Shown here: piece by piece, positions 18,393-30,683 of the stretch
Layout: each line of letters opens with the position of its first letter
Position numbering within the stretch: the first letter of the stretch is position 1
Assembly (NCBI GenBank): GCA_040876265.1
Contig: JBBDPN010000001.1
Span: 182,208-246,207 of the forward strand
DNA from: Candidatus Woykebacteria bacterium
GTDB taxonomy: Bacteria > Patescibacteriota > Microgenomatia > Woykebacterales > RBG-16-39-9b
Length of the DNA stretch: 64,000 bases
Reading direction: 5' to 3'
Program-made: the position numbers and the translations under genes
The notes under the pieces: model-generated
Told to the model about the DNA's origin: nothing
The model's database searches: none
Seen by the model: the letters and a program-made list of their open reading frames with translations, nothing else

Positions 18393-19487
18393 TTGCAAAA
18401 TAGGCCAATTATAGCTAGAATTAGGCACCCGCACTTCAAATCACGCATAGGGAGAGTGATCAACTTGGCAAAACCCCGGGCAGATTTGCAATACGTAGCC
18501 TATCGGATCGATGCGGCGATAAGGGAGGGTGCCGTAGCTGCAATTCCTATCTATCCTCTAACAGATGATCTGCAGACTCTCGGTCGGTGGCCTTCAAGCC
18601 TTTTCAGTCTCGAGAGCTTTAGGCGCCGCATGCCGCCTCTATATTTCGACACGCGGGAGAAATACGAAACGAAGTTCGAGAGAACCTGGGACAACAGAAG
18701 CACAATTCCGCCTTGTCTCTTCAACAGCCGTTTCGTATCGGTGACAAGCAGATCACCCGATTACGATTGGCTCCTGCAAGCGGGTCGGGAAGAACGTCGG
18801 GCTGTTCAAGTCATTGAAACATCCAGGGGGCTAAAGCGTCGGATATACGAGATCGTGCGGGATCTTTCGCACGGACAGCGGTCGTCTGTTTACAAGCAGG
18901 ATCAGTACGACGACGAAAGAGCTCGCTTGGAGACTATCCGATTTGAGCTCAAGGAAAGGCAGCGCAACCATGATCTCGAGTTGCTCTCTTTAACGCAGGA
19001 GGAGCTGGAGCTTAATCAGCTCACTAGCGCCCAAATCGGTATGAGGCTTGAGGAGATCAACCGGATAAAGGCTGACCTAGTAAGCAGAGCCGCAGCCCTC
19101 CAATCCTACGCCCGGCAGAGCAACCTGAGGCTTTTCTTCCTTGCCCAAAGTCTAGTGAATCTTCGCGGTAGTTTGATTCGGACAGCTCGGTTCAACCGCG
19201 CTTCGCTGCGGGAGTATTTGGTTGCTTACCGAAACGATCTGCTTCTTTACGGCAGCAAAGAGGTAAGACCGTTTCGCAACAACGCCAAACTCCTGCTCGA
19301 TAGAATACTGACAGATGTCCAGGTGGCTGATCGTAGCGAGATTATCCGTCTTTTGGGCATGGCTACCGAGCACGTTACCAGAGGTGCGGTGGTAATGACA
19401 CAGTGGGCTGACAAGTTGCCAGAGGACAAGAGGTTGATGGCGAACTTCGCTTTTGGCCAACCAGCCGTCCAACCACAACTACTATAG
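18393..19487 (+). CDS. Hypothetical protein with a central coiled-coil region, carried on a G+C-rich segment
   Basis: No recognisable family. The likely start is the TTG at 18464 after GGGAGAG. G+C is visibly higher than in the flanking genes. Confidence 0.4.
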   Translation: MQNRPIIARIRHPHFKSRIGRVINLAKPRADLQYVAYRIDAAIREGAVAAIPIYPLTDDLQTLGRWPSSLFSLESFRRRMPPLYFDTREKYETKFERTWDNRSTIPPCLFNSRFVSVTSRSPDYDWLLQAGREERRAVQVIETSRGLKRRIYEIVRDLSHGQRSSVYKQDQYDDERARLETIRFELKERQRNHDLELLSLTQEELELNQLTSAQIGMRLEEINRIKADLVSRAAALQSYARQSNLRLFFLAQSLVNLRGSLIRTARFNRASLREYLVAYRNDLLLYGSKEVRPFRNNAKLLLDRILTDVQVADRSEIIRLLGMATEHVTRGAVVMTQWADKLPEDKRLMANFAFGQPAVQPQLL

Positions 19488-19546
19488 GTTGACGGTACGT
19501 ACGAAAAGTGCTATAGTAGTCAAAACGAGGAAGTAAAGGAGGTTCG

Positions 19547-19849
19547 ATGGATACATGCGTCATAGACGGGGCCCAGACCAATAAGAGATGTTGGTTCTGT
19601 GGCATCCCAGTCTGCGAAAAGGACTCGTTTTCCTTTATGGGGAAACATGCCTGCAGGTGGCCGGTTGATGGGTGCATTGAGGAAAGAGAGCGCTACATCG
19701 AGAAGAAGGCTGCTGAAGGCAAGGTTTGTCCAGAGTGTAGGTCACAAGGGATAGGTGTCGAGGGTAACTTCGCAACCTGCACCCAACTAGGCTGTGGCCA
19801 CACATGGCAGATCGGTCGGGCCGCCGTGAGTCGCTTACCAACCAGGTAA
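19547..19849 (+). CDS. Small Cys-rich (zinc-ribbon-like) hypothetical protein on the same G+C-rich segment
   Basis: Ten Cys in 100 aa, arranged as CxxC pairs (CWFCGIPVC, CPEC, CTQLGC). Confidence 0.4.
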   Translation: MDTCVIDGAQTNKRCWFCGIPVCEKDSFSFMGKHACRWPVDGCIEERERYIEKKAAEGKVCPECRSQGIGVEGNFATCTQLGCGHTWQIGRAAVSRLPTR

Positions 19850-19917
19850 GAGACGAACCGGCGGTCTTTCCATTTTATGATTGTCTTTTCCACAGCATCT
19901 GTGTTAAAAATTTAAGG

Positions 19918-21237
19918 ATGGATCTCCCAAAAACCGACCCGGTAATTTATGACCTTATAAAGAAAGAAGAAAAAAGACAGTTTGAAGTGCTGGAAATGAT
20001 CCCTTCGGAAAATTACGCTTCGGTAGCGGTTCGCAGTGCCCTTGGCACTGTCCTCACCAATAAATACTCCGAGGGTTACCCGAAGAAAAGATATTATCAG
20101 GGAAACAAAGTGATCGATGAGGTGGAGATACTTGCGGAGGAACGAGCTAAAAAACTCTTCGGTGTGCCGTATGTAAACGTTCAACCACTCTCTGGCTCCC
20201 CGGCAAATTTAGCAGTTTACGTCGCGCTTCTTGAACCGCTAAAAGACAAAATCATGGGTTTATCACTTTCTTTTGGCGGTCATCTGACTCATGGGCAGCC
20301 CCAATCGATAACCGGAAAATATTTTAAAAGCGTTCTTTACGAACTTGGTAAAGACGGTTACCTAGATTATGACAAAATTGAAGAGCAAGCGATCCGTGAA
20401 AAACCAAAGATAATCGTTTGTGGTTACACTGCTTACCCTAGAACCATCGATTTCAAACGTTTTGGCGAAATCGCCGAAAAGAGCGGTGCGTATCTACTGG
20501 CCGATATATCCCATATCGCCGGTTTAGTTGTAGCTGGAGCTCATCCAGATCCTGCTCCTTACGTGCACGTAATAACTACCACTACTCACAAAACGCTGCG
20601 GGGTCCTCGCGGAGCGTTGATTATGGCAACTGAAAAAGGACTGCGGAAAGACCCGGATCTGGGTAAAAAAATCGATAGCGCTATTATTCCTGGTATTCAA
20701 GGAGGTCCTCACGATGATCAGACGGCGGCAATAGCGGTTGCCTTGAGGGAAGCGACCGAACCGAAATTTAAAAATTATTGCCAGCAGATCGTCAAAAACA
20801 CCAAGGTTTTGGCCGAAGAATTGCTAGAAAGGGATTTTAATTTGGTCAGCGGCGGTAGCGATAATCACTTAATTCTCATTGATTTGAGAAGCAAAGGTAT
20901 CAATGGAGCACTGACTGCTTTTGCACTGGAGACTGCAAATATTGTTGTAAATAAAAACAGTGTGCCGTTTGAGGATAATCCCCCCTTTTACCCCTCCGGT
21001 ATTAGGCTCGGAACTCCCGCAATTACAACTCGCGGAATGAAAGAAGCGGAAATGGTAAAAATCGCGGCCTGGTTTGAAGAAACTGTTGCTGAAATTAAGG
21101 ATGAGAAGCTGCCACAAGAAAAAGAAGCCAGAAAAGTTTTTATGAAGGATTTTAGGAACAGAGTTTTAAAAAATAAGAGAGTATTGAGTATTGCGGAAGA
21201 GGTAAAAAAATTTACCGCCGCTTTTCCAGTTCCTTGA
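19918..21237 (+). CDS. glyA: Serine hydroxymethyltransferase
   Basis: MDLPKTDPVIYDLIKKEEKRQ...TTTTHKTLRGPRGALI (PLP-Lys region). The N-terminal extension in the ORF track (from 19804) is rejected. Confidence 0.9.
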   Translation: MDLPKTDPVIYDLIKKEEKRQFEVLEMIPSENYASVAVRSALGTVLTNKYSEGYPKKRYYQGNKVIDEVEILAEERAKKLFGVPYVNVQPLSGSPANLAVYVALLEPLKDKIMGLSLSFGGHLTHGQPQSITGKYFKSVLYELGKDGYLDYDKIEEQAIREKPKIIVCGYTAYPRTIDFKRFGEIAEKSGAYLLADISHIAGLVVAGAHPDPAPYVHVITTTTHKTLRGPRGALIMATEKGLRKDPDLGKKIDSAIIPGIQGGPHDDQTAAIAVALREATEPKFKNYCQQIVKNTKVLAEELLERDFNLVSGGSDNHLILIDLRSKGINGALTAFALETANIVVNKNSVPFEDNPPFYPSGIRLGTPAITTRGMKEAEMVKIAAWFEETVAEIKDEKLPQEKEARKVFMKDFRNRVLKNKRVLSIAEEVKKFTAAFPVP

Positions 21238-21280
21238 CACCTCTTGGTTAAAGAGATTATTCTCAAAATAGAGTTTTGAA

Positions 21281-23563
21281 ATGGTTATACCTGCTTCCAA
21301 CCTTTCGGTTTTATTTGATTTCATATTTAATCCCTGGGCTCTTTTTTCTGTTTGGGCAGTAGGTATAAACACAATCTTGCTCTACCTCATCCTTTCTAAA
21401 GGAATTCAGGTTTCTGCTAATCGCTGGTTTACATTAGTTCTACTCAGTTTAATAGTCTGGGGAGTTTTTGAAACCTTGGATCGATCTAGTGCTACCCCTA
21501 TCGCCAGTGATTTTTGGTCGTTAGCCGGTATGTTCGGATGGATTTTCGTACCGCCTGTTTTTCTATCATTCACCCTCTCTTACATTGGTAAGGAACAGAT
21601 TTTATCTAGGCTTTCTACACAAGTGACTTTGTTTGGTCCTTCTCTACTGCTTCTATTCCTCGGCTTGACTACAGATTTAATAAACAATAGGAATATCCAG
21701 CAAATCCAAAGGACATTTTACGGTTGGGAGGCGCCAAGCGCGCCATATTTTTGGGTAGCGCTGGGTTGGATTGATCTGCTATTGGTTGCTTCACTAGTGC
21801 TTTTGATAAGACATTGGGCAAAGTCAAACGATAAGATTTCGAGGAGACAAACGGCACTTTTTATATCTGCGGTCCTTATACCTGTTGTAGGCGGTTCAAT
21901 AACGAACGGTTTACTTCCGATTTTTGGGGTTCAAGTCTACCAGGCTGCTGTGCTATTAACTTCGATTATGAGCTTAATTATCGCCTACGCAATTCTTAAA
22001 TATAAATTGTTCGTAATAAACCCTGCTACTGTTGCGACCAACATCGTCAACACAATGAACGAGATAATGATCGTGTTCAACTTGAACTATATTATCGAGT
22101 TTGCTAATAAAGCAGCCAAAAACGTTTTAGGTTACGATGAAGAAAGATTAGTCGGGCAACATATCAAGAAAATAATTTCAGGAGATTGGGAGAGTTTGCG
22201 CGGTGGTGTTTTGAAGCCACTTTCTTCCGGACAAACAATTTCTGGTGTTGACCTTGAGTTAGTTTCAACTTCCGATAAGAAAATACCAGTTACTTTCTCG
22301 GCCTCGCCTCTTAAAGATCAAAATGGGAATATGTATGGAGTTGTAAGCGTTGCTGCTGATATAAGTAAGATCCGCGATCTATTCGCCGATATTACTGCTG
22401 AAAGAAACAAGCTTACCACCACGATAGAGTCTATTGTTGATGGCGTGCTGGCTCTAGATTTTGAGGGTCGCGTTATTACTATAAATTCACCGGCTCTAAA
22501 AATGCTTGATTTTGGAGCAAAAGATATTGTTGGTAAGGATATTGACCAGGTGATGAAAATATTTGATAAAAATGGCAAAAGAATTTTCTTCAAAGATCTC
22601 GTATCTCGGAGGAGGTTAGAAAAGGATACGGTTGTTTTCCGTAGAGAAGACTTAAAAATTATTACCCAACACAACAAAACTATATATGTAAATTTAGTGA
22701 GCTCAGCCATAAAAGAGGGTCTGGAGGTTGGTTTGGGCGCAATAATAACCATGAATGATATTTCTGGTGAGAAAGAGCTGGAAGAAATGAAGATTGATTT
22801 TGTATCGATGGCTGCTCACGAGCTGCGGACACCGCTTACTTCTATTCGAGGTTACCTTTCAGTACTTCAGGAAGAGTTGGCAAAAAGCCTGTCTTCTGAG
22901 CAGCAATCCTTTCTTGATAAAGCTTTTATTTCCTCATCTCAGCTAGCCGCGCTTGTAGAGAATCTTCTTTCTGTCTCCAGGATCGAAAGAGGAGCTATGA
23001 AAATTGAGGCCTCACCGCAAGACTGGCAAGTGGTTTTGCAAGAAACGATTACTAGCTTTTTACCACTTGCCCAGGAGAAAGGGATCAAATTAACTTTAAA
23101 TTGCCCGGAAAAGTTGTCACCTGTTTCGGTAGACAAATTTCGTATTGGTGAAGTACTTTCAAATTTGGTTGGTAACGCCTTAAACTATACTGATAAAGGT
23201 GGAGTGGTAGAAATAACGGCTCGAACAGATAAAAAAGAACATGTCGTTTTAACATCAGTAAGAGATACTGGTCAAGGGATTCCGGAGAGCGCGCTGCCCC
23301 GACTGTTTACAAAATTCTTCAGAGTTTCTGGTGTCTTGGAGCAAGGATCAAAAGGGACTGGTCTTGGGCTTTATATTTCTAGGGCCATCGTAGATATGCA
23401 CGGGGGGAAAATCTGGGTTGAATCCGAACTTGGCAAAGGTAGCACCTTCTTCTTCACTGTTCCAACTACGCAAACTACCAAACCACTAAAATCTGTTCCT
23501 GGAGCCTTCAAACCAAAAAGAATTTTTATTAAGAAAAACAACAAATTGGTAGCCTCCGTTTGA
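21281..23563 (+). CDS. Multi-pass membrane sensor histidine kinase with PAS domains
   Basis: About six N-terminal TM helices, two PAS-like regions, an H-box (MAAHELRTPLTSIRGYL), and N, G1 and G2 boxes (NYTDKGG, DTGQGI, GTGLGL). Confidence 0.85.
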   Translation: MVIPASNLSVLFDFIFNPWALFSVWAVGINTILLYLILSKGIQVSANRWFTLVLLSLIVWGVFETLDRSSATPIASDFWSLAGMFGWIFVPPVFLSFTLSYIGKEQILSRLSTQVTLFGPSLLLLFLGLTTDLINNRNIQQIQRTFYGWEAPSAPYFWVALGWIDLLLVASLVLLIRHWAKSNDKISRRQTALFISAVLIPVVGGSITNGLLPIFGVQVYQAAVLLTSIMSLIIAYAILKYKLFVINPATVATNIVNTMNEIMIVFNLNYIIEFANKAAKNVLGYDEERLVGQHIKKIISGDWESLRGGVLKPLSSGQTISGVDLELVSTSDKKIPVTFSASPLKDQNGNMYGVVSVAADISKIRDLFADITAERNKLTTTIESIVDGVLALDFEGRVITINSPALKMLDFGAKDIVGKDIDQVMKIFDKNGKRIFFKDLVSRRRLEKDTVVFRREDLKIITQHNKTIYVNLVSSAIKEGLEVGLGAIITMNDISGEKELEEMKIDFVSMAAHELRTPLTSIRGYLSVLQEELAKSLSSEQQSFLDKAFISSSQLAALVENLLSVSRIERGAMKIEASPQDWQVVLQETITSFLPLAQEKGIKLTLNCPEKLSPVSVDKFRIGEVLSNLVGNALNYTDKGGVVEITARTDKKEHVVLTSVRDTGQGIPESALPRLFTKFFRVSGVLEQGSKGTGLGLYISRAIVDMHGGKIWVESELGKGSTFFFTVPTTQTTKPLKSVPGAFKPKRIFIKKNNKLVASV

Positions 23564-23566
23564 GGC

Positions 23567-26059
23567 TTACTTTGATTTCTTCTCTTCCTTACTTATCTGC
23601 TCTTTTTGGATACTTGAAGCTGCTGCAACGAGATCAGCCTTGTCAGAAAATCTAATTAAAATCACTCCTTGGGTCTGACGAGTGAGCACAGGGATGTCCT
23701 TAATAGGTAGTTTAATAACCTGTCCCTTTTTACTGGTTAATATTAGCTGCTGATCTTTCTGATTAATTACCTTTGCCGCTACTAAATTCCCGTTACGAGT
23801 TGTTAACTCTGCCGCCTTTACCCCAATCCCAGCTCTATTTTGTACTGGCCAATCCTTTATTTTGCTCCTCTTGCCAAATCCTCTTTCAGTTACTACGACT
23901 AGTTCTCCACCCTTGACTGACTTATCCATTGTAATGATAATGTCGTGGCTCTTTAAACGAATGCCCATTACCCCGGCAGTGGCTCTACCCATTGGTCTGA
24001 CGTTTTTTTCGGAGAATCTAATTGACATGCCTGCCTTTGTAACCATAAGTATTTCGTCGCTGCCGTTGGTAAGTTTGACCCAGGCAAGCTCATCGCCACT
24101 GTTAAGCCTAATCGCTATCATCCCGCTTTTTCTTATATGTTCAAAATCTTTGACGCTGGTCTTCTTGACAATACCCCCCCTTGTGGCCATAAAGAGGTAG
24201 GCAGACCCGGCTTTGGCATTTTTTGTTATGGCCAGGATAGAAGTTACCGCTTCCGATTGTTCTAAGTTAATAAGATTGACGATCGCCGCCCCCTTCGAAT
24301 ATCTGCTCCCCTCTGGTAGTTCGTATACTTTAATCTGAAATACCCGGCCTTTATTGGTAAAAAACATTAACGAGTCGTGGGTGTTTGCTGAAAAAATGTC
24401 GGCGACAGTATCTTCTTCCTTCATAGACACTCCGCTGACTCCTTTTCCGCCTCTGCCTTGTGTTCTAAAGGCGGACATAGGGCTTCTTTTTATGTAACCG
24501 CCTTTGGTGATTGTTACGATTACTTGCTCGGAGGGGATCAGGTCTTCTTCTGAAAAGTCCCCCACTGGTTGGGCATACACCCTAGTTCGTCTTTCATCAC
24601 CATATTTTTCTTTCAAATCGAGCAACTCTTTTTCTATTACAGCGAGTATTTTTTTTGGAGAAGATAGTAGATCTTCTAAATAACCAATTGTTTTTAGGAT
24701 TTCCTTATACTCGTCCTCTATTTTTTGCCTTTCCAAGGCAGCTAATCGTCTTAGTTGCATATCAAGAATTGCGGTAGCTTGAATTTCGGTGAATTTAAAG
24801 CGCTTCATCAGATTGATCCTAGCTGTGTCTGCATCTTTAGATTTTCGGATAGTTTCTATTACAGCGTCTAGATGATCAAGCGCAATTTTTAGTCCTTCTA
24901 GGATGTGAGCTCGGTTTTTGGCTGCGTCGAGTTCGAATTGAGTTCTTCTGGTTACTATCTGCTGGCGATGACGAATGTACTCAGTCAGAACCTGCTTAAG
25001 GGTAAGAGTAAGAGGTATACCGTCGACTAAAGCTACTGTGTTTACATTAAAGGCGAGTTGCATAGCGGTGTATTTGTAAAGATTGTTTAATAGTGCTCGT
25101 GGTCGGGCGTCTCTCTTTAGCTCAATTGCAATTCTCATACCGGTGCGGTCAGATTCGTCTCTAAGATCTGAAATCCCTTCGAGTTTCTTCTCCTTCACTA
25201 GGGAGGCTATTCTAGCCACTAGCTGAGCTTTATTTACTTGATAAGGCAATTGCGAAACTATGATATTAAACTTCCCGCTTCTGTCCTCCTCAATCTCAGC
25301 TTTTGCTCTCATCACCACCTTTCCCTTACCACTGGCGTAGGCAGACCTTATCTCGTTTATATCAAAAATTGCACCACCGGTAGGAAAATCCGGCCCTTTT
25401 ATAAAGTTCATCAAGTCTTCTATGTTGCTCTCAGGGTTATTGATTAGATGGGTTATGGCGTCGCAGACCTCGTTTAAATTGTGAGGTGGGATATTGGTAG
25501 CCATACCGACTGCAATACCAGCTGATCCGTTTACCAATAGGTTTGGTACTTTTGCTGGTAGTGGGATTGGTTCTTTTTTTGTACCGTCGAAGTTATCAAC
25601 GAAATCCACGGTGTTCTTATCAATATCAGCGAGCATCTCAGAGGCGATTTTTGCCATTCTAGCCTCTGTGTATCTCATAGCTGCCGGCGGATCGCCGTCA
25701 ATCGAGCCAAAATTACCTTGACCATCTATGAGCGGTATCCTCATGGCAAAGTCTTGTGCCAGCCTGACCAAGGCGTCGTAGACTGGAGCATCTCCGTGAG
25801 GGTGGTATTTTCCGAGGACTTCACCAACTACAGTAGCGCTTTTTCGATATTTACTATCGGACGTAAGACCGAGCCCGTGCATCGCGTAAAGTATTCGGCG
25901 GTGGACTGGTTTTAAGCCGTCCTTAACGTCTGGCAGAGCCCGCGAGACAATTACACTCATTGCGTAGTCTAGATAGCTACGCTGCATTTCTTCTGTTATT
26001 TCAATTGGCTGTATCTGTCCAATGTTGTCGTTAACGCCTTCCCCGTCTGTCTCAGCCAT
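23567..26059 (-). CDS. gyrA: DNA gyrase subunit A
   Basis: [26 protein letters not shown], the active-site Tyr region, and the C-terminal beta-pinwheel repeats. Confidence 0.95.
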   Translation of the reverse strand: MAETDGEGVNDNIGQIQPIEITEEMQRSYLDYAMSVIVSRALPDVKDGLKPVHRRILYAMHGLGLTSDSKYRKSATVVGEVLGKYHPHGDAPVYDALVRLAQDFAMRIPLIDGQGNFGSIDGDPPAAMRYTEARMAKIASEMLADIDKNTVDFVDNFDGTKKEPIPLPAKVPNLLVNGSAGIAVGMATNIPPHNLNEVCDAITHLINNPESNIEDLMNFIKGPDFPTGGAIFDINEIRSAYASGKGKVVMRAKAEIEEDRSGKFNIIVSQLPYQVNKAQLVARIASLVKEKKLEGISDLRDESDRTGMRIAIELKRDARPRALLNNLYKYTAMQLAFNVNTVALVDGIPLTLTLKQVLTEYIRHRQQIVTRRTQFELDAAKNRAHILEGLKIALDHLDAVIETIRKSKDADTARINLMKRFKFTEIQATAILDMQLRRLAALERQKIEDEYKEILKTIGYLEDLLSSPKKILAVIEKELLDLKEKYGDERRTRVYAQPVGDFSEEDLIPSEQVIVTITKGGYIKRSPMSAFRTQGRGGKGVSGVSMKEEDTVADIFSANTHDSLMFFTNKGRVFQIKVYELPEGSRYSKGAAIVNLINLEQSEAVTSILAITKNAKAGSAYLFMATRGGIVKKTSVKDFEHIRKSGMIAIRLNSGDELAWVKLTNGSDEILMVTKAGMSIRFSEKNVRPMGRATAGVMGIRLKSHDIIITMDKSVKGGELVVVTERGFGKRSKIKDWPVQNRAGIGVKAAELTTRNGNLVAAKVINQKDQQLILTSKKGQVIKLPIKDIPVLTRQTQGVILIRFSDKADLVAAASSIQKEQISKEEKKSK

Positions 26060-26106
26060 TGCTTCTTAACTCCTCAAATTGAAGTTGGGTAAATTTTATT
26101 GAGCGT

Positions 26107-28056
<1,950 letters not shown>

Positions 28057-28138
28057 TCAAACTACTATATTTTACTTTGTTACTACCTTTCTTGCAAGGA
28101 ATAGGTTGTTTTGAAAATTCGCTAAATCGTATAAGGAG

Positions 28139-28786
28139 TTAACCTTTTGGAGTTTCCAATATCAAAATGGATTTTATCAGTTTTTGCGAAGCTCTTCGCC
28201 TTTGTAAAGACTTAAGTTTATTAATCAACTTTATATAATTTAATATTTTATTTACTCCCGCCTTCTCCGTAAATTCGTTCTCGTAAACAAGATCCAGTAA
28301 TTTCTTTCTCCACGTCCCTAGCCACCTGTTTATATCTAGTTTATCAGTTGATCGATAGGCGGAAAGCAGCGACCCGGTGGTGAATTCTGGTTGGAGATCG
28401 TCTTGGTGTTTAATAATGTCTGAATGAAGGTTGATTTTTTCGCACCGCGAAGAAATTGTCGAGAGGATATTCTCTGTGGTTGGCGATGTTAGTACAAATC
28501 GAGTGCTGGTAGGCGGTTCCTCTAAGATCTTTAATAAAGCATTTTGGGCTTCGACTGTGAGGGCTTGAGCCTCCAAAATTATAATTGTTCGAATCGGAGA
28601 ATTATAGGGTTTTTTCTGGGCTAGATAAATTAAATTTCTTATTTCGGCTATCCCAGACTGGGTCTTTGCAAGTAGAGTTATGATGTCAAATTTTGACGAG
28701 CCTGCAGAAGCAGATCGCCTGGCCTCCTCCACTCTCTTTTTCTCCTGGCCTCCGACAAATAACATAGGTAAGTTCATGATTGACAT
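28139..28786 (-). CDS. holB: DNA polymerase III delta-prime subunit, short form
   Basis: EAQNALLKILEEPP clamp-loader box and SRC; only 215 aa. Confidence 0.6.
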   Translation of the reverse strand: MSIMNLPMLFVGGQEKKRVEEARRSASAGSSKFDIITLLAKTQSGIAEIRNLIYLAQKKPYNSPIRTIIILEAQALTVEAQNALLKILEEPPTSTRFVLTSPTTENILSTISSRCEKINLHSDIIKHQDDLQPEFTTGSLLSAYRSTDKLDINRWLGTWRKKLLDLVYENEFTEKAGVNKILNYIKLINKLKSLQRRRASQKLIKSILILETPKG

Positions 28787-28826
28787 TGTAGCAGGCCAAA
28801 AGATAAAATATCAATCAAGCCAATAT

Positions 28827-28855
28827 TTTACACTGATCGAAAATCAGTGTAGAAT
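28827..28855 (+). promoter_or_regulatory. Type IV pilus operon promoter with an embedded palindromic operator
   Basis: TTTACA, a 17-nt spacer, TAGAAT. A perfect inverted repeat ACACTGAT-cgaaa-ATCAGTGT (28830..28850) fills the spacer, 43 nt upstream of the pilB ATG. Confidence 0.45.
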
Positions 28856-28897
28856 GAAATTAAGTTCCACACACTTCACGGAACGAGGGTCTGCCCG

Positions 28898-30664
28898 ATG
28901 CCAGAAGTCACCGAAAAAGGCGTAGAGGACATATTATTTGAACAGGGTAAGCTTACGAAAGATAAGCTTTCAATGGTTAAGATGGAAGCTATCAATTCTG
29001 GTAAGCAACCCGAAGAAGTACTACTTGAGCGAAAATTCTCCAGTCTTGAAGATATCACTTCCGCGCGTGCTCAACTTCTTGGCATTGAGTTTGTAGACCC
29101 CACAAACAAACCGGTAGCGGCTGATATTTTAAGCAAGATTCCCGAACCAGTCGCCCGCCGCTACACGCTGATACCTTTCCAATTTGATAATCAAACGGGC
29201 ACCCTTGCTGTAGCAATGGCCGACCCACTAGACCTGCAGGTGGTTGAATTTATTGAAAGAAAAAGTCAGACAAGGATAAAACCCTTTATTTCTACCCCTG
29301 ACCTGATCGAGCACGCGATAAATGAGTCCTACTCGCAGAATCTAAGTACCCAAGTATCAGCGGCCTTGGAAGAAGTAAGCGGTTTGGTGGAAGCAAAGGA
29401 AGAGATTACCGATCTTGGCAAAGTTGAGGAGATAATAAAGGAAGCTCCAGTAGCGAAAATAGTTTCAACTTTGGTTGAGTACGCTATGAAATCTGCAGCT
29501 AGCGATATCCATATCGAGGCGTTGGAGGATAGAACAAGGGTGCGTTATCGAATTGACGGAATTTTGCAAGAACGCGTTGTCTTACCTCGAAAAGTCCACG
29601 AAGCCCTGATATCCAGGATTAAAATTCTTTCCAATTTGAAAATTGACGAAAAAAGAATACCTCAGGACGGTAGATTTACCTTTAAATTAAAGGACAACGT
29701 AGTCGATTTGCGGATTGCTACCCTCCCTACTGTAAACGGGGAGAAGGTTGTGATGAGGCTTTTACCAAAAGCTGGTTCAGCCCCTACCCTGTCTGATCTT
29801 GGGCTACGAGGCAGTGCTTTGAAGGTTTTCGAGGGGAACATTATTAAGCCTCACGGAATTATTTTGATAACCGGTCCTACCGGTTCTGGAAAGACAACCA
29901 CCCTCTTCTCTATCTTATCAAAAATTAATTCGCCCAAAGTAAATATCGTGACCCTTGAGGATCCGGTGGAGTATCAAATTCCCGGGGTAAATCAAGTCCA
30001 AATCAACCCAACTGCTGGCCTGACGTTTGCTTCTGGCTTGAGGAGTTTTTTGAGGCAAGATCCTAATATAATCATGGTGGGTGAAATACGCGATGGTGAG
30101 ACAGCTGGTTTGGCGATACAAGCTTCTCTTACTGGGCACCTGGTATTTTCTACACTGCACACCAACTCTTCGTCTGGATCTTTACCCAGACTGCTGGATA
30201 TGGGCGCCGAAACGTTTTTACTGGCTTCTTCAATAAATTCGGTAGTTGCTCAAAGAGTTGTCAGGAAAATATGTCCTGATTGCAAACAAGAATACGATCC
30301 CCCCGTCCCAGTTGTCGACGATTTTAAAAAAACTCTTGGCGATCTTCTTCACGATAAGCACACAAAATTTTCTGACCAGGAGCAAAAGGATTTACAGGAG
30401 CTTGGGGGTAAGAAATTTAAGCTTTTCAAAGGAAAAGGCTGCAACAAATGTGGGGATTCTGGTTACAAGGGAAGGATCGGGATATTTGAAGTACTTTTGG
30501 TTAGTGAGAAAATGGCGAGGCTGATTCTAGAGCGCGCGCCAGCGGGTAAAATCGAACAACAAGCAGTAGAAGACGGTATGGTGAAGCTTATACAAGACGG
30601 TTATTTAAAAGCCCTAGAGGGTATAACTACAATTGAAGAGGTGCTCCGCGTAGCGCGTGAGTAA
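28898..30664 (+). CDS. pilB: Type IV pilus assembly ATPase
   Basis: GspII_E N-terminal domain, Walker A GPTGSGKTTT, Asp and His boxes, and a C-terminal tetra-Cys motif (CPDC...CNKCGDSG). Confidence 0.9.
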   Translation: MPEVTEKGVEDILFEQGKLTKDKLSMVKMEAINSGKQPEEVLLERKFSSLEDITSARAQLLGIEFVDPTNKPVAADILSKIPEPVARRYTLIPFQFDNQTGTLAVAMADPLDLQVVEFIERKSQTRIKPFISTPDLIEHAINESYSQNLSTQVSAALEEVSGLVEAKEEITDLGKVEEIIKEAPVAKIVSTLVEYAMKSAASDIHIEALEDRTRVRYRIDGILQERVVLPRKVHEALISRIKILSNLKIDEKRIPQDGRFTFKLKDNVVDLRIATLPTVNGEKVVMRLLPKAGSAPTLSDLGLRGSALKVFEGNIIKPHGIILITGPTGSGKTTTLFSILSKINSPKVNIVTLEDPVEYQIPGVNQVQINPTAGLTFASGLRSFLRQDPNIIMVGEIRDGETAGLAIQASLTGHLVFSTLHTNSSSGSLPRLLDMGAETFLLASSINSVVAQRVVRKICPDCKQEYDPPVPVVDDFKKTLGDLLHDKHTKFSDQEQKDLQELGGKKFKLFKGKGCNKCGDSGYKGRIGIFEVLLVSEKMARLILERAPAGKIEQQAVEDGMVKLIQDGYLKALEGITTIEEVLRVARE

Positions 30665-30683
30665 CTCAAAAGGAGGTTAATAA

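Noticed and set aside
19804-19917. 38-codon N-terminal extension of glyA in the ORF track
   Set aside because: SHMT homologs start at MDLPKTDPVIYD. The extension lies in the tail of the GC-rich insertion and is composition-shifted.
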